Part shown: positions 29,049 through 39,438 of the stretch, one piece after another | Layout of the letters: each line of letters opens with the position of its first letter | Position numbering within the stretch: position 1 is the first letter of the stretch | IMG/VR virus record: IMGVR_UViG_3300006467_000563 | Coordinates: 4,337-68,336 of that record | Reading direction: 5' to 3' (one strand) | DNA: 64,000 nt | Origin: a virus | Taxonomy: Duplodnaviria; Heunggongvirae; Uroviricota; Caudoviricetes | Position numbers and translations under genes: made by a program | Notes under the pieces: generated by a model | What the model was told of the DNA's origin: nothing | Database searches by the model: none | The model's input: the letters and a program-made list of their open reading frames with translations, nothing else

Positions 29049-29974
29049 TGTATAATTTTATCAGTGTGGTAATTCCTACATACAAACCAGTATTCTTGCG
29101 TGATACTTTGAATGCGATGCGTAAGCAGAAGTATCCTAACAATAGATATGAAGTAATTGTTGTTGAAAATCCATTAAAAACTGATGAAGTATACAACGCT
29201 TGTAAAGTATATAATGCAAAATATTACATTTCGGAGTTGGGTTCAAATTGTGCTAGGAATCTCGGCATCAATCGTTCTCAAGGTGATTGGATTGTTTTAT
29301 GTGATGATGATATTCTGCCACAGAATGGGTGGCTTGCTGGGATTAACAACAGAATCAATAGTAATCCGGGGCATGGTGTATATGGAGGACCTGTTGAGAT
29401 AATTTGTCAAAAAGGTAGACCTTCATGGTTATATGGAGAGTTTCTACAATATCTGTCTGCTGTCTCTTATGGTCCATCTGTGATAGATTTTAGTGTAAAC
29501 TCTGGCATGCATCTTGTGTCAGCCAACTGCTTTTTTAGCAAGGAAAAATGGGCAAAGGTAGGCGGGTTCGATGAGTCTGTAGGATATCATGGTGATAATT
29601 TAATACCTAATGATGAAGTAGAGTTCTTTTATAAGATGGCATTTGCTTCTGAAGAGAATTCCCCTTACTTGTATGATGGCGGGCTTGGCGTTGCACATAT
29701 TATTAGAGATGAACGTACAAAATTAGATTGGCTCAAACGGCGATTCCATAATCAGGGTGTCGCAGACGCTAGGATGTTAGCCAAGAATAAGGACGTGCTA
29801 GATGTTTACCATGACATGTCATACAATGATAAGTTTATGAGAATGGTAGATATCAATACTGTCATGGATGTTCGCAATATTGTTCAGAATGAAGCTGTTA
29901 CAAGAGAATACATCAAGAATATTATAATTTGTAAGACAGAGTATATGGTTGGTTTCAACAAAGAGTTGGCCTAG
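29045..29974 (+). CDS. family 2 glycosyltransferase
   Basis: VVIPTYKP...YEVIVVEN...VLCDDD typical of the GT-A/GT2 N-domain. Confidence 0.7.
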   Translation: MMYNFISVVIPTYKPVFLRDTLNAMRKQKYPNNRYEVIVVENPLKTDEVYNACKVYNAKYYISELGSNCARNLGINRSQGDWIVLCDDDILPQNGWLAGINNRINSNPGHGVYGGPVEIICQKGRPSWLYGEFLQYLSAVSYGPSVIDFSVNSGMHLVSANCFFSKEKWAKVGGFDESVGYHGDNLIPNDEVEFFYKMAFASEENSPYLYDGGLGVAHIIRDERTKLDWLKRRFHNQGVADARMLAKNKDVLDVYHDMSYNDKFMRMVDINTVMDVRNIVQNEAVTREYIKNIIICKTEYMVGFNKELA

Positions 29975-29999
29975 TTTTTTAAAAATGAAGGAGAAGAAG

Positions 30000-30425
30000 A
30001 TGTACAAGCAATTTATTCGTAACAAAGACCGTCGTCCTATCGGTGTACTTCTTGCAGAAATGCGAGATGGTAAGCTAGTTTTTGGTTGGAGCATGCATAC
30101 TGGTCTACGTCGTCAGGAAATTACTGACCCAGAGACTGGTGAAGTCACTCTAACAGACCGTGCAGTATTTACTCATACTTGGGACAAAGAGTATGGCACA
30201 GACGTAGCAAAAGGACGTCTGGACATGTGTACTCGCAGTTTTCTAAATAAGGGGCTTCCAAGTCAATATTATGACATTCCAAAAATGGGTTCTGGTCAAG
30301 CAGACGCATTTATTAAGCGTGTTCGTGGTATTGAGCAACGAAAGATTCAAGAGCAGCAAGAGGAAGCTGTAGCTCAGTCTACAATTACTCTATATACTAT
30401 GGAGGAAGCACTTGCTAATGGCTAA
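30000..30425 (+). CDS. hypothetical protein
   Basis: ATG at 30000 with GAAGGAGAAG RBS inside ORF 29949..30425. Confidence 0.45.
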   Translation: MYKQFIRNKDRRPIGVLLAEMRDGKLVFGWSMHTGLRRQEITDPETGEVTLTDRAVFTHTWDKEYGTDVAKGRLDMCTRSFLNKGLPSQYYDIPKMGSGQADAFIKRVRGIEQRKIQEQQEEAVAQSTITLYTMEEALANG

Positions 30426-31233
30426 ATCTGGTTCTGATTGGCTTAATGCCTTTTTTCCAGAGTCATTATGGCCCCCTACTGATTCGGATTATTATGATAA
30501 GGTCATAGGGGGTTATAATTTTATTCAGGACAAGAAGGTAATAATCTGTGGTGTTTGTAAGAATATCGAGCATAATGCTAGAAATATTACTGCAAAAATA
30601 GCAACTATTGGTGAGATGTTTGGTAGCTATTCTGTGTTCATTTATGAAAATGATTCAACTGATGCGACTGTCAAAACTTTATCAGATGGATTATGTTCAA
30701 ATAATATCCCAGCCACACTACGTTCAGAAAAATTAGATGCCGCACCACACGAGCAAGACAAGTCATTGTATCGTAGACAGGTTATGGCACAAGCACGTAA
30801 TAAATACTTAGAGTATGTACGTTCCGAAACTGCTGACTATGTTATCATTATGGACTTAGATATTAAGTTTGGATTCTCATATCAGGGAATTACCCACTCT
30901 TTTTCTTGCCCATTTAATGTGGTTGGTTCTAATGGAATTATCTATGAAACATTAGAAGACGGTAATAAAGTACGACTATTTTATGACACTTGGGCCTATC
31001 GTGAGAATGGCGAAGACTTGGGAGATGAGGCTAATCTTTTGAGATTTAATAGGGGTGAACCTTTGGTTCCTGTCGAATCTTGTTTTGGCGGATTGGCAAT
31101 TTATGAGAAGAAATGGCTTGACAATGTGGAGTACATGGACTATGATTGTGACCATGTCACCCTGCATGACCAAATCAGGGCGAACGGGGGCAAGGTGGTC
31201 TTGAATCCGTCACAAATTGTGGTCTACGAATGA
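30412..31233 (+). CDS. putative glycosyltransferase-like protein
   Basis: 273 aa; DLD motif; genomic context. Confidence 0.35.
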   Translation: MLMAKSGSDWLNAFFPESLWPPTDSDYYDKVIGGYNFIQDKKVIICGVCKNIEHNARNITAKIATIGEMFGSYSVFIYENDSTDATVKTLSDGLCSNNIPATLRSEKLDAAPHEQDKSLYRRQVMAQARNKYLEYVRSETADYVIIMDLDIKFGFSYQGITHSFSCPFNVVGSNGIIYETLEDGNKVRLFYDTWAYRENGEDLGDEANLLRFNRGEPLVPVESCFGGLAIYEKKWLDNVEYMDYDCDHVTLHDQIRANGGKVVLNPSQIVVYE

Positions 31234-31241
31234 GGAATTAA

Positions 31242-31496
31242 ATGAAGTTTTGTTTTTGGTTAGTTGGATTGTGTTTCATCCTAGTTTTTAATGAAGCGGC
31301 TATCCATATGATTTTGCCAGAAGTCCAAGTAGATGCAGCTATGCGTCAGATGGATGGGGCAGCTTTGTCATCTAGTGGTTTTACATATGCTGACAGAGCA
31401 CGTCAATTGTTTGTTCCAGTATCATGTTTGGTCTGGACGTGTATTATGTATCTTGGTGATATTGTAAGTATGTTTAAAAAAGGAGAAAGTAAATGA
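31242..31496 (+). CDS. small secreted/membrane protein
   Basis: N-terminal hydrophobic segment. Confidence 0.35.
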   Translation: MKFCFWLVGLCFILVFNEAAIHMILPEVQVDAAMRQMDGAALSSSGFTYADRARQLFVPVSCLVWTCIMYLGDIVSMFKKGESK

Positions 31497-32512
31497 AGAA
31501 GTTACTGTTATGCGTTGTTGGACTGATGGCTACTGGTTGTATGTATGATGTTCCAGAATTCGAGATGATTGAGACATCTGAGACTGGATTCTTGATTCCT
31601 CTTGAGGGGGATACTGCTGCTCAGAAGAAAATGCCATCTAAAGATGTGTTGGAGCAACAAAAGGTTGCTACTAAACGTGTACAAATTACTCACAAATGGG
31701 TAAGTACTGGTTATCTTCCTTGGTCCGGTGAGTATATGGACACAGTCCGACTCGTTAAAGTAGACCGTAAACCTGTCACGCGAGAGTGGACTTCTGACCC
31801 TAATAGCGGTACATCGAATCAAAATCAGGCAGTGAAAGTTGAAAGTGCTGATTCTGTTGATTTTGGAATTGGTTTTACAGTTACGGCTATGATTCTTGAG
31901 GAAGATACATCACAATTCTTGTATAACTATACAAGTAAAGATTTATCTGGTGTTGCTGACAAGGAAATCAGAAACAAGGTTCAAGAGTACGCGTCTGATT
32001 ATTGTGCCAAGTTCCCTCTCGACATACTACGGGGACAAAAGGGTGAGCTGATGGCCTTTGTTCGAGAATCAATTATTCCATTCTTCAAAGAAAAAGGCAT
32101 CACTATTACCTCAGTTGGAATGGCTAGTGGGTTTATGTATACAAACCAAAAGGTACAGGATGCAATTGATAAGACTGTTCAAGACCAACAGCTCAAAGTA
32201 TCTGCTCTAGCAGAGAAAGATGCTCAACTTGTCAAGAATGAGACTATCAAACTTGAGGCAGAAGCTGCTGCGGAAGCTGCCAAGATTAAAGCTGAAGGTG
32301 AAGCAAACGCTATTAAGGCTGTTGCTGACGCCAAAGAGTACGAAATTCAGAAAGCAACTCAGAATACTGAAACGTATATCGAGCTGAAGCGTCTGGAAGT
32401 TGATGTCAAACGACTTGAGAAGTGGGACGGTAAATATCCTACCTACTTTATGAGCAATGGGGAGTCACCACAGTTACTCCTCCAGACACCAAATATTCCT
32501 TCCCCTAAATAA
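31493..32512 (+). CDS. SPFH/band-7 (prohibitin-like) lipoprotein
   Basis: Lipobox LMATGC; C-terminal Ala/Glu/Lys-rich coiled segment typical of SPFH proteins. Confidence 0.55.
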   Translation: MKKLLLCVVGLMATGCMYDVPEFEMIETSETGFLIPLEGDTAAQKKMPSKDVLEQQKVATKRVQITHKWVSTGYLPWSGEYMDTVRLVKVDRKPVTREWTSDPNSGTSNQNQAVKVESADSVDFGIGFTVTAMILEEDTSQFLYNYTSKDLSGVADKEIRNKVQEYASDYCAKFPLDILRGQKGELMAFVRESIIPFFKEKGITITSVGMASGFMYTNQKVQDAIDKTVQDQQLKVSALAEKDAQLVKNETIKLEAEAAAEAAKIKAEGEANAIKAVADAKEYEIQKATQNTETYIELKRLEVDVKRLEKWDGKYPTYFMSNGESPQLLLQTPNIPSPK

Positions 32513-32519
32513 TCGAGAT

Positions 32520-32543
32520 GGCGGGGGCAACCCCGCCTTATTT
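32520..32543 (+). terminator. rho-independent terminator
   Basis: GGCGGGG-GCAA-CCCCGCC followed by TTATTT. Confidence 0.7.
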
Positions 32544-32555
32544 AATAGGTGTTGT

Positions 32556-32717
32556 ATGACAATCAAAGAATTAAAAGAGTATATCAAAAATCGTATTTCT
32601 CACTGTGAGGATGTTATGGTTGCTAAATGTGATGTTGACCACATTTACAGTCAATGGTCATGGCATAAAACTGCATATCAAGATATACTCAATATGCTAG
32701 ACAAAATAGATGATTAA
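32556..32717 (+). CDS. small hypothetical protein
   Basis: Internal ATG (MTIKELKEY) located downstream of the terminator. Confidence 0.35.
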   Translation: MTIKELKEYIKNRISHCEDVMVAKCDVDHIYSQWSWHKTAYQDILNMLDKIDD

Positions 32718-32782
32718 TGTCACTGGCCACACTGACGACCCAAAAGATTATAATCGCACAGTCAGCTTGGAGATTTATATAA

Positions 32783-33628
32783 ATGAAACCGAAGTGGATA
32801 ATTCAGACTGATATTTTTCAAGAAAATCTTGATATTTTGGCAGAAGAAATCAAACGGCAGGGGATGGAATGTCGTATATATAATTACCAGCCATTTACAG
32901 ACTGCCTAGATATTATCTCAGAGTACGAAGAAGGGGACTGTGTTATCGTATATGGTTCCCTTCAAATGGGAAGAGTGTTCAAGAAGAATTCAACTTTCGT
33001 CCCCGGAGTATATTGTAACCTTGACTCTTTTAAGTGTTCCAATTATTATACATACTTTGGAGATTCACTTCTAAATAGCACATATATGTTAATTCCATAT
33101 GGCGATTTACTCAGACAAAAACATTTTATTTTCGATACACTTGGTTGTATAGATTATGTTTTTGTAAGACCTGACAGTGGTTTTAAAAATTTTACTGGTA
33201 ATGTAATTCATAAACAGAATTGGGAGAAAGATGTTCCTTGGTTGGGTGATTATGATGTTGATTCTGATACTCTTATCTTGGTTGCTCCTTATCAGCCTGT
33301 TGATAGAGAGTGGAGGTTCGTAGTAGTTGACGATGAGGTAGTTAGTGGCTCACAATACAGAAATGCTAGTGGTACTAAACTATCAGAAGCTGAGAAAGAT
33401 ATTTATGATTATGCACAGAAAGCTGTTACACATGCTATTCATGCTGGGTTTTTAACAGATAGAGCATGGTGTATCGATATCTGTGAAACAAAAGACTCAT
33501 TAAATGTCTTGGAAATTGGATGTTTCAGTTGTGCCGGATTATATGTTGCACCGAAAGAGCCGATTGTAAGAGAGGTTAGTAGGGCAGCATTAGAAGAGTT
33601 TCAAGAATTTCAAGAATACGGAGGCTGA
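32783..33628 (+). CDS. ATP-grasp-like protein
   Basis: DYVFVRPDSGFKNFTG block resembles an ATP-grasp nucleotide-binding loop. Confidence 0.4.
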   Translation: MKPKWIIQTDIFQENLDILAEEIKRQGMECRIYNYQPFTDCLDIISEYEEGDCVIVYGSLQMGRVFKKNSTFVPGVYCNLDSFKCSNYYTYFGDSLLNSTYMLIPYGDLLRQKHFIFDTLGCIDYVFVRPDSGFKNFTGNVIHKQNWEKDVPWLGDYDVDSDTLILVAPYQPVDREWRFVVVDDEVVSGSQYRNASGTKLSEAEKDIYDYAQKAVTHAIHAGFLTDRAWCIDICETKDSLNVLEIGCFSCAGLYVAPKEPIVREVSRAALEEFQEFQEYGG

Positions 33629-33775
33629 CTTGGATTACTATGACTTGGGTAGAATGTATAAACAAGCAAGCGAAGAAGTAAATGACTTTGTAGACTTGCA
33701 TGAAGAGTTCCATACTATGTATGATGATTTTTACGACACTATTGAAGATGCTTTAGAGAGAGAGTATAACGCTGA

Positions 33776-35152
33776 ATGGACAGAGGAAGAGACGATTTAG
33801 CTGTTTTTGTTCTTGGCGATGTAGTTCCAGCAACTTACTTGCCAGAGATTGTAATCAATGTAAACTCTATTGGTGAAATTACTAAACATGTCTTTCACCT
33901 GCCACAACATATCAAAAAAATTGCATTTATAGATGACAGAACCGTGTTTACAAATAGACACTGGATTACAGAGGCATCAAACCTGTTAGATAGATGTGAA
34001 ACATGTCAATTGTTCGAGTCTGTATATAATGTTGATTCAGAAGGTAGAATGAAATTCGCTAATCATAGTGTTGCATACAGATATGTTAACAGGATGGATG
34101 GTGATTTATCTACTTATGATTATGGATTCGCGTGGGCTGCTAATAGAAATTGGGTTGAACAAATTGGATTAGTCCGTTTGGATGTTATGACTCCAATCTT
34201 CTGTAATTATGAGTCTAACAACAATTTATCTACGTTAGAAAAACAATGGATTAATCGTTCAGAAAGAATCAAAGGCAATACAGGATGCGTCAGAGGCTCA
34301 ATTCTATTACAAGATTATCATGAATACAGACATATCGCCAGATTTGTAAATTTAGCAGAATATGAACCTGTACCTGTTGAATGTGATGTGATAATCCCAT
34401 ATTGCCAAAACAACGTTAGATGGCTAAGAGAGTCCATTGACTCTGTTCTTAATCAGAGTGGATGTAATTCTGTTGTCCATGTTATCGCAGATGGATTTGA
34501 ACCAGACGCTTTTCTATTCGACATGCCTATCCACTTATACATGAACGAGAAAACATGTGGACCTTATGTCAGTGCGAATCGCGTATTCCGTTTTATGGAA
34601 ACTGACTATATTGCAATCCAAGACAGTGATGATATTGCATTGCCTCATAGACTACATTTTTCTATCAATGAAATGCTAAGAAATGGTACTGAGATGTTTG
34701 GTGCTGGCATGAGACAATTTGCATCTTATGAGACAGCAGATGAAGAGTCTATTGATTATGTTAATAAGGCTCCATTCCACATTTCATCTAAAAATCTGAC
34801 TTGGTCTATATCCCCTTATGGAGTGGTAATTAATGGTACTCGTGTAATGACAAAACAATTGTTCGAAGAAATGAATGGTTTCGGAAATTATTTTATGTCT
34901 GGCGACTGCGAATTCACTACTCGATGCTACAATTATGATAGAAAAATCAGCACAAGCGATGAGATTGTTGCATTAAGACGTGTTCATGGCATGAGCTTAT
35001 CACGTGGAAAAGATTATGGCCTGAAATCTAAAATTAGGGAATCATTACACGATGATATTGCTGTATCAATTCGTGATATGAAAACATTACCGAAAGAAAA
35101 TTTTGGCAATCTGAAAAATGATTACCGTAGTAATATTCAGAGGCTTAAATGA
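33776..35152 (+). CDS. family 2 glycosyltransferase
   Basis: CDVIIPYCQNN...VIADG...QDSDDIALPHR (DxD/DSDD GT2 signature). Confidence 0.65.
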   Translation: MDRGRDDLAVFVLGDVVPATYLPEIVINVNSIGEITKHVFHLPQHIKKIAFIDDRTVFTNRHWITEASNLLDRCETCQLFESVYNVDSEGRMKFANHSVAYRYVNRMDGDLSTYDYGFAWAANRNWVEQIGLVRLDVMTPIFCNYESNNNLSTLEKQWINRSERIKGNTGCVRGSILLQDYHEYRHIARFVNLAEYEPVPVECDVIIPYCQNNVRWLRESIDSVLNQSGCNSVVHVIADGFEPDAFLFDMPIHLYMNEKTCGPYVSANRVFRFMETDYIAIQDSDDIALPHRLHFSINEMLRNGTEMFGAGMRQFASYETADEESIDYVNKAPFHISSKNLTWSISPYGVVINGTRVMTKQLFEEMNGFGNYFMSGDCEFTTRCYNYDRKISTSDEIVALRRVHGMSLSRGKDYGLKSKIRESLHDDIAVSIRDMKTLPKENFGNLKNDYRSNIQRLK

Positions 35153-35943
35153 TTAGTATAGCAAATCTAGAAATCCATGTTGCCCATAGTTGTAACCTAT
35201 TTTGTAATCAATGTACTCATTACAGTAATTTTAGCCATAAAGGAGTTTTAAGTGCAGAAGAAGCAGATAGACAGATGGCTTTGTGGTCTGATAGAATTTC
35301 TCCTAGAATGTTCTCAATGCTTGGTGGAGAGCCTGCTGTAAACAAAGAGTTATGTGATATTGTCCGTATTGCCCGTAAACACTGGAAAAATAAGATGCAG
35401 TTGGTATCCAATGGTTTTCTTTTAAAGAATCATCCTGATTTACCAAAAGTGTTAATTGATACTGACTGCAATTTGGAAATCTCAGTACATCATAACTCTG
35501 AAGAATATCAAGAGAAATTCAGACCTGTACGAGAACTTCTGCTAGAATGGCAGGAAAAATGGGGCATCCAGTTGAATATCAGACAGTCTGTAGATAGATG
35601 GACTCGCACCTATCAAGGTTCTGGCTCAGATATGAAGCCTTATAACGATAGAAAACCAGAGCAGAGTTGGAAGGTCTGTCGAGCAAAATGGTGCCCCCAA
35701 ATATTAGATGGGAAAATCTATAAGTGCCCACAGCTTGCATACCTACCAATGCAGCTAGAAAAAATTGGAATCACAGAGGGGTGGGAAAATTACTTACTGT
35801 ACAAGCCTATCGAACCGGATTGCACGTACAGAGAACTAGAAGAGTTCTTAAATAGGAAAGCAGAATACTACTGCAATATGTGCCCTGCTTATCCAGAGCT
35901 ATTTCAGTTACAGAACCCATTAAGGAAAACTGATGAACAGTAG
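35149..35943 (+). CDS. radical SAM enzyme
   Basis: CNLFCNQC is a CX3CX2C cluster-binding motif near the N-terminus. Confidence 0.65.
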   Translation: MISIANLEIHVAHSCNLFCNQCTHYSNFSHKGVLSAEEADRQMALWSDRISPRMFSMLGGEPAVNKELCDIVRIARKHWKNKMQLVSNGFLLKNHPDLPKVLIDTDCNLEISVHHNSEEYQEKFRPVRELLLEWQEKWGIQLNIRQSVDRWTRTYQGSGSDMKPYNDRKPEQSWKVCRAKWCPQILDGKIYKCPQLAYLPMQLEKIGITEGWENYLLYKPIEPDCTYRELEEFLNRKAEYYCNMCPAYPELFQLQNPLRKTDEQ

Positions 35944-36595
35944 AATCAAGCCATTAGTATCCAATGATGATATTGTAAGTGGAATGTTGAGTTACTGGAG
36001 AATCGTATCTATTTTAGAACGGTTAGATGCAGTGGTTCAAGGTGGAGTTGAGGGTGATATTGTAGAACTTGGTTGCAATATTGGTACACTTGGCATGTAT
36101 ATTCGTAAGTACTTAGATGCCAATAATGTCAATAAGACATATCATGTGTATGACAGTTGGCTGGGGTTGCCGGAGCCGACTGAAGAAGACCAACATAATT
36201 TTGATAGAAAATTTAAACGGGGGAGCTGTAGTACCACTATTGATAAGTTTCTGGATACTTTTAACAGCAGAAATTTACAAGTGCCAGTAATTCATTCTGG
36301 TTGGTTCAAAGACATCCCCGACTCTGAGTTTCCAGATAAGATTGCATTTGCTTTTTTTGATGGGGATTTTTATGAATCTATTACAGACAGCTTCGAAAAG
36401 GTATACCATAAGGTACAACCGAAAGGCTGTATTATGATTGATGACTGCGGTTGGGATATTCTACCCGGAGTTAAGCGTGCGTGTGAAGACTTTCTGTCAG
36501 ATAAGCCTGAAAAGTTGAGTTTGTCTGGCTATAGAGATGAGCTGACAGGGGAATACCGTTCTACTGGGAACGGTGGTATAATTTTTAAACAATAG
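35933..36595 (+). CDS. class I SAM-dependent methyltransferase (TylF/macrocin O-MTase-like)
   Basis: VELGCNIGT glycine-rich SAM loop; overall TylF-like layout. Confidence 0.55.
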   Translation: MNSRIKPLVSNDDIVSGMLSYWRIVSILERLDAVVQGGVEGDIVELGCNIGTLGMYIRKYLDANNVNKTYHVYDSWLGLPEPTEEDQHNFDRKFKRGSCSTTIDKFLDTFNSRNLQVPVIHSGWFKDIPDSEFPDKIAFAFFDGDFYESITDSFEKVYHKVQPKGCIMIDDCGWDILPGVKRACEDFLSDKPEKLSLSGYRDELTGEYRSTGNGGIIFKQ

Positions 36596-36603
36596 GAGAA
36601 AAA

Positions 36604-37260
36604 ATGAACGTTAACAAAACTAAAGTTGTATTGATTTTGGACCGAAGTGGAAGTATGTATGACTGTGTTGAGGATACAGTTGGGGGGGTTAAGTCTTTTA
36701 TTGACGAACAAAAGAAGCTGCCCGGAGAGGTAGAATTCTCCCTTGTTTCTTTTAATACAACCATGAATACTGTGTATGATAGTATCCCCATCAATCAAGT
36801 TGGTGATTTCGAATTCATTCCGTCTGGTGGTACTGCCCTACTAGATGCAGTTGGAACTGTCATCGATTCAGTAGGCGAAAAGCTCGCAAATACAAAAGAA
36901 GAAGACCGCCCCGGAGCTGTAGTTATCATGATTGTGACTGATGGGGAAGAGAACTCAAGTAAGGAATACAAACTTGATGGCATTCAATCAAAGATTAAAC
37001 ATCAACAAGATGTGTACAAATGGCAATTCAGCTTCCTTGGAGCAGACCAAGACGCATTCCAAGCAGGATTTAGTATGGGGCTGAATAGTGGCGACATTGC
37101 AAATTACAGCAAAGGTGTCACGCAGGCCGCTTTCACAAGCATGTCTGGCAAATTAGGACGTATTCGCAATGCTGTTAGTCGTGGTGCAGATGTTACTTTG
37201 TGTTCTGCTTATACAGACGATGAACGTGCTGCTATGGCTGAGGATAGTGACAATGAGTAG
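36604..37260 (+). CDS. von Willebrand factor A (vWA) domain protein
   Basis: VLILDRSGSM MIDAS motif (DxSxS). Confidence 0.65.
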   Translation: MNVNKTKVVLILDRSGSMYDCVEDTVGGVKSFIDEQKKLPGEVEFSLVSFNTTMNTVYDSIPINQVGDFEFIPSGGTALLDAVGTVIDSVGEKLANTKEEDRPGAVVIMIVTDGEENSSKEYKLDGIQSKIKHQQDVYKWQFSFLGADQDAFQAGFSMGLNSGDIANYSKGVTQAAFTSMSGKLGRIRNAVSRGADVTLCSAYTDDERAAMAEDSDNE

Positions 37261-37633
37261 CTTATTAGATACTATTTCTAAAGTGTGTCATGAGGCAAAT
37301 AGGGCGGTCTGCTTAGCTGCAGGCCAGACCCCATTGCCATCTTGGGAAGATGCACCAGAAACTGCTAGAGATGCTACCAGACAGGGAGTTATCTATTGTG
37401 TATATAATAGAAATGTTCCCCCGGCACAAGTACATCAAGACTGGTACGACAATCTTATCAATGATGGATGGGTATACGGTTCAGAAAAAGATTATGATAA
37501 AAAAACTCACCCATGCCTTATCCCGTATGAGAGTTTGCCTTATGTTGACAGATTAAAAGATGGTCTGTTTAAGGAAATTTCTATAACATTATTTGACGGA
37601 TTGCAGGAAGAAGCAGATAAGGGCATGGAATAG
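37253..37633 (+). CDS. hypothetical protein
   Basis: Internal ATG that overlaps the stop of the vWA gene (ATGAGTAG). Confidence 0.45.
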   Translation: MSSLLDTISKVCHEANRAVCLAAGQTPLPSWEDAPETARDATRQGVIYCVYNRNVPPAQVHQDWYDNLINDGWVYGSEKDYDKKTHPCLIPYESLPYVDRLKDGLFKEISITLFDGLQEEADKGME

Positions 37634-37648
37634 CCCCCTCTTTTTTCT
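37610..37648 (+). terminator. putative terminator
   Basis: GGGC-ATGGAATA-GCCC hairpin followed by CCTCTTTTTT. Confidence 0.45.
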
Positions 37649-37734
37649 TGCTGTACAAAAATTCTCAATAATTAATTAATTTTGTTTATAAATTGTATGG
37701 AAACTGATAGATAAAATGACTAAGATATAGTATA

Positions 37735-38058
37735 ATGAGTGATAAAAGAAGCGAATATTATGTATACTGTTTTACAGCACCGACTTGGTGTGCACCATGT
37801 ATGAAGATGGACAAAGATGTTTGGCCTCACCCAAAGGTAAAAGCAGAGCTAAAACAGTACAGAACTGGTGAATTAAAAATTTTCCCAGAAGAGAAGGTAA
37901 AAAGTGATGATAATGTTCGTAAGTTCTACGAATATTATAACATTACAACATTACCTACATTGCTTATTGTTGACGCAAGAGGTCAGATAATTAAAAAATC
38001 TGTAGGAGGATTAACTGCGTCCCAAACAATACAGTTTTTAGGAGGGAAAAATGATTAA
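37735..38058 (+). CDS. thioredoxin-fold protein
   Basis: WCAPC active-site CxxC. Confidence 0.6.
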   Translation: MSDKRSEYYVYCFTAPTWCAPCMKMDKDVWPHPKVKAELKQYRTGELKIFPEEKVKSDDNVRKFYEYYNITTLPTLLIVDARGQIIKKSVGGLTASQTIQFLGGKND

Positions 38059-38371
38059 GAAACGTGTGGTACGTTTTGTACCAAATGAGATTGAATCAAT
38101 TGTCCATGATTCCATGTTTGAGATTATTGACGCTGAATTAAACTGTCCTAAGTTTGGCGACTTGACTTTATACACTCTTGAGAATCAATCTGAAGTTGGC
38201 GGAAAATACATTTCTAATTATATTGTAGCAGCTATTGATGTTGAGTTACCAGAACCTGTTGCTAGTTTTCGTACTATGCCTTCAGAGATGGGTACTGTCA
38301 GATGGCAGACTGTCACAGATTTACACGATTCAATAAACAGAAAATACTTTTTATTAGTGAATAAACCATAA
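38051..38371 (+). CDS. hypothetical protein
   Basis: 106 aa. Confidence 0.45.
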   Translation: MIKKRVVRFVPNEIESIVHDSMFEIIDAELNCPKFGDLTLYTLENQSEVGGKYISNYIVAAIDVELPEPVASFRTMPSEMGTVRWQTVTDLHDSINRKYFLLVNKP

Positions 38372-38379
38372 GGAATCAG

Positions 38380-39438
38380 ATGGATATCAATGTTATCGGT
38401 AGTGTTAATCAATTAGGTTATGGTTTAGTTACTACCCATTTAGTCTCCGAGCTTATTAAAAAACACAGGGTCTCACTATTCCCTGTGAACGCTAAACCTG
38501 AATGTCACCCGAAGCACACTCAATCAATTGAAACTGCTATACGCAATAAGTCAATGCCGAATTTTGATGCTCCTTGTATTCGCATTTGGCATCAATTTGA
38601 TATGAGTTTGTTTTGTGGTGGCAAAAAAATAGGTTTCCCAATATTTGAATTGGATGAGTTCACACATCAAGAGTTACATCATCTAGGTTCTTTAGATGAG
38701 ATTATCGTATGCTCAGAATGGGCAAAGCAGATTATCATTAAGAATGGCTTGACTCAGCCTGTCCATGTAGTTCCGTTAGGCGTAGATACTGAAATATTTA
38801 AACCAGTGGAGCACCTAGAAGATAGGCCATACAGATTTTTAGCTGCTGGTAAGTGGGAGTATCGTAAAGGACACGATTTAGTCTTACAGGCTTTCAATGA
38901 GACTTTTCAGCCAGATGATGAGGTTGAATTAATCTGTCTGTGTGACAATCCGGTTATTCCACAGGCTGATAATCTTGATTGGAATACCACTTTCAAGAAT
39001 ACTCGACTTGGTCATATGATTCATTTGCTGCCTAGACAACCAACACAAGAATCTGTAAATGTGGTAATGAATCGGGTTGACTGCGGAATATTTCCAGCCA
39101 GAGCTGAAGGTTGGAATCTGGAACTACTAGAGATGATGGCATGTAATAAGCCAGTTATCACTACAAATTATTCTGGTCATACTGAATTCTGTAATGATGA
39201 CAATGCATACCTTATCGATTGTGAAGATAAAGAAGTAGCGTTCGATGGCCATTTCTTTACTCAGAATGTTGGCTCTTGGATGAAATTTACAGATAATAAT
39301 CTTGAACAACTTAAACAGTTCATGAAAGAGGCATACAACAGTGGTATTAATAAAAACCCACATGGATTGCTCACAGCACAAAAATTCTCTTGGGAAAATA
39401 GTGCTAATAAATTGGTGGAGGTATTGTGTCAGCAGTAG
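38380..39438 (+). CDS. glycosyltransferase, GT-B fold (family 4-like)
   Basis: EGWNLELLEMMACNKPVITT matches the EX7E motif region of GT4 enzymes. Confidence 0.7.
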   Translation: MDINVIGSVNQLGYGLVTTHLVSELIKKHRVSLFPVNAKPECHPKHTQSIETAIRNKSMPNFDAPCIRIWHQFDMSLFCGGKKIGFPIFELDEFTHQELHHLGSLDEIIVCSEWAKQIIIKNGLTQPVHVVPLGVDTEIFKPVEHLEDRPYRFLAAGKWEYRKGHDLVLQAFNETFQPDDEVELICLCDNPVIPQADNLDWNTTFKNTRLGHMIHLLPRQPTQESVNVVMNRVDCGIFPARAEGWNLELLEMMACNKPVITTNYSGHTEFCNDDNAYLIDCEDKEVAFDGHFFTQNVGSWMKFTDNNLEQLKQFMKEAYNSGINKNPHGLLTAQKFSWENSANKLVEVLCQQ

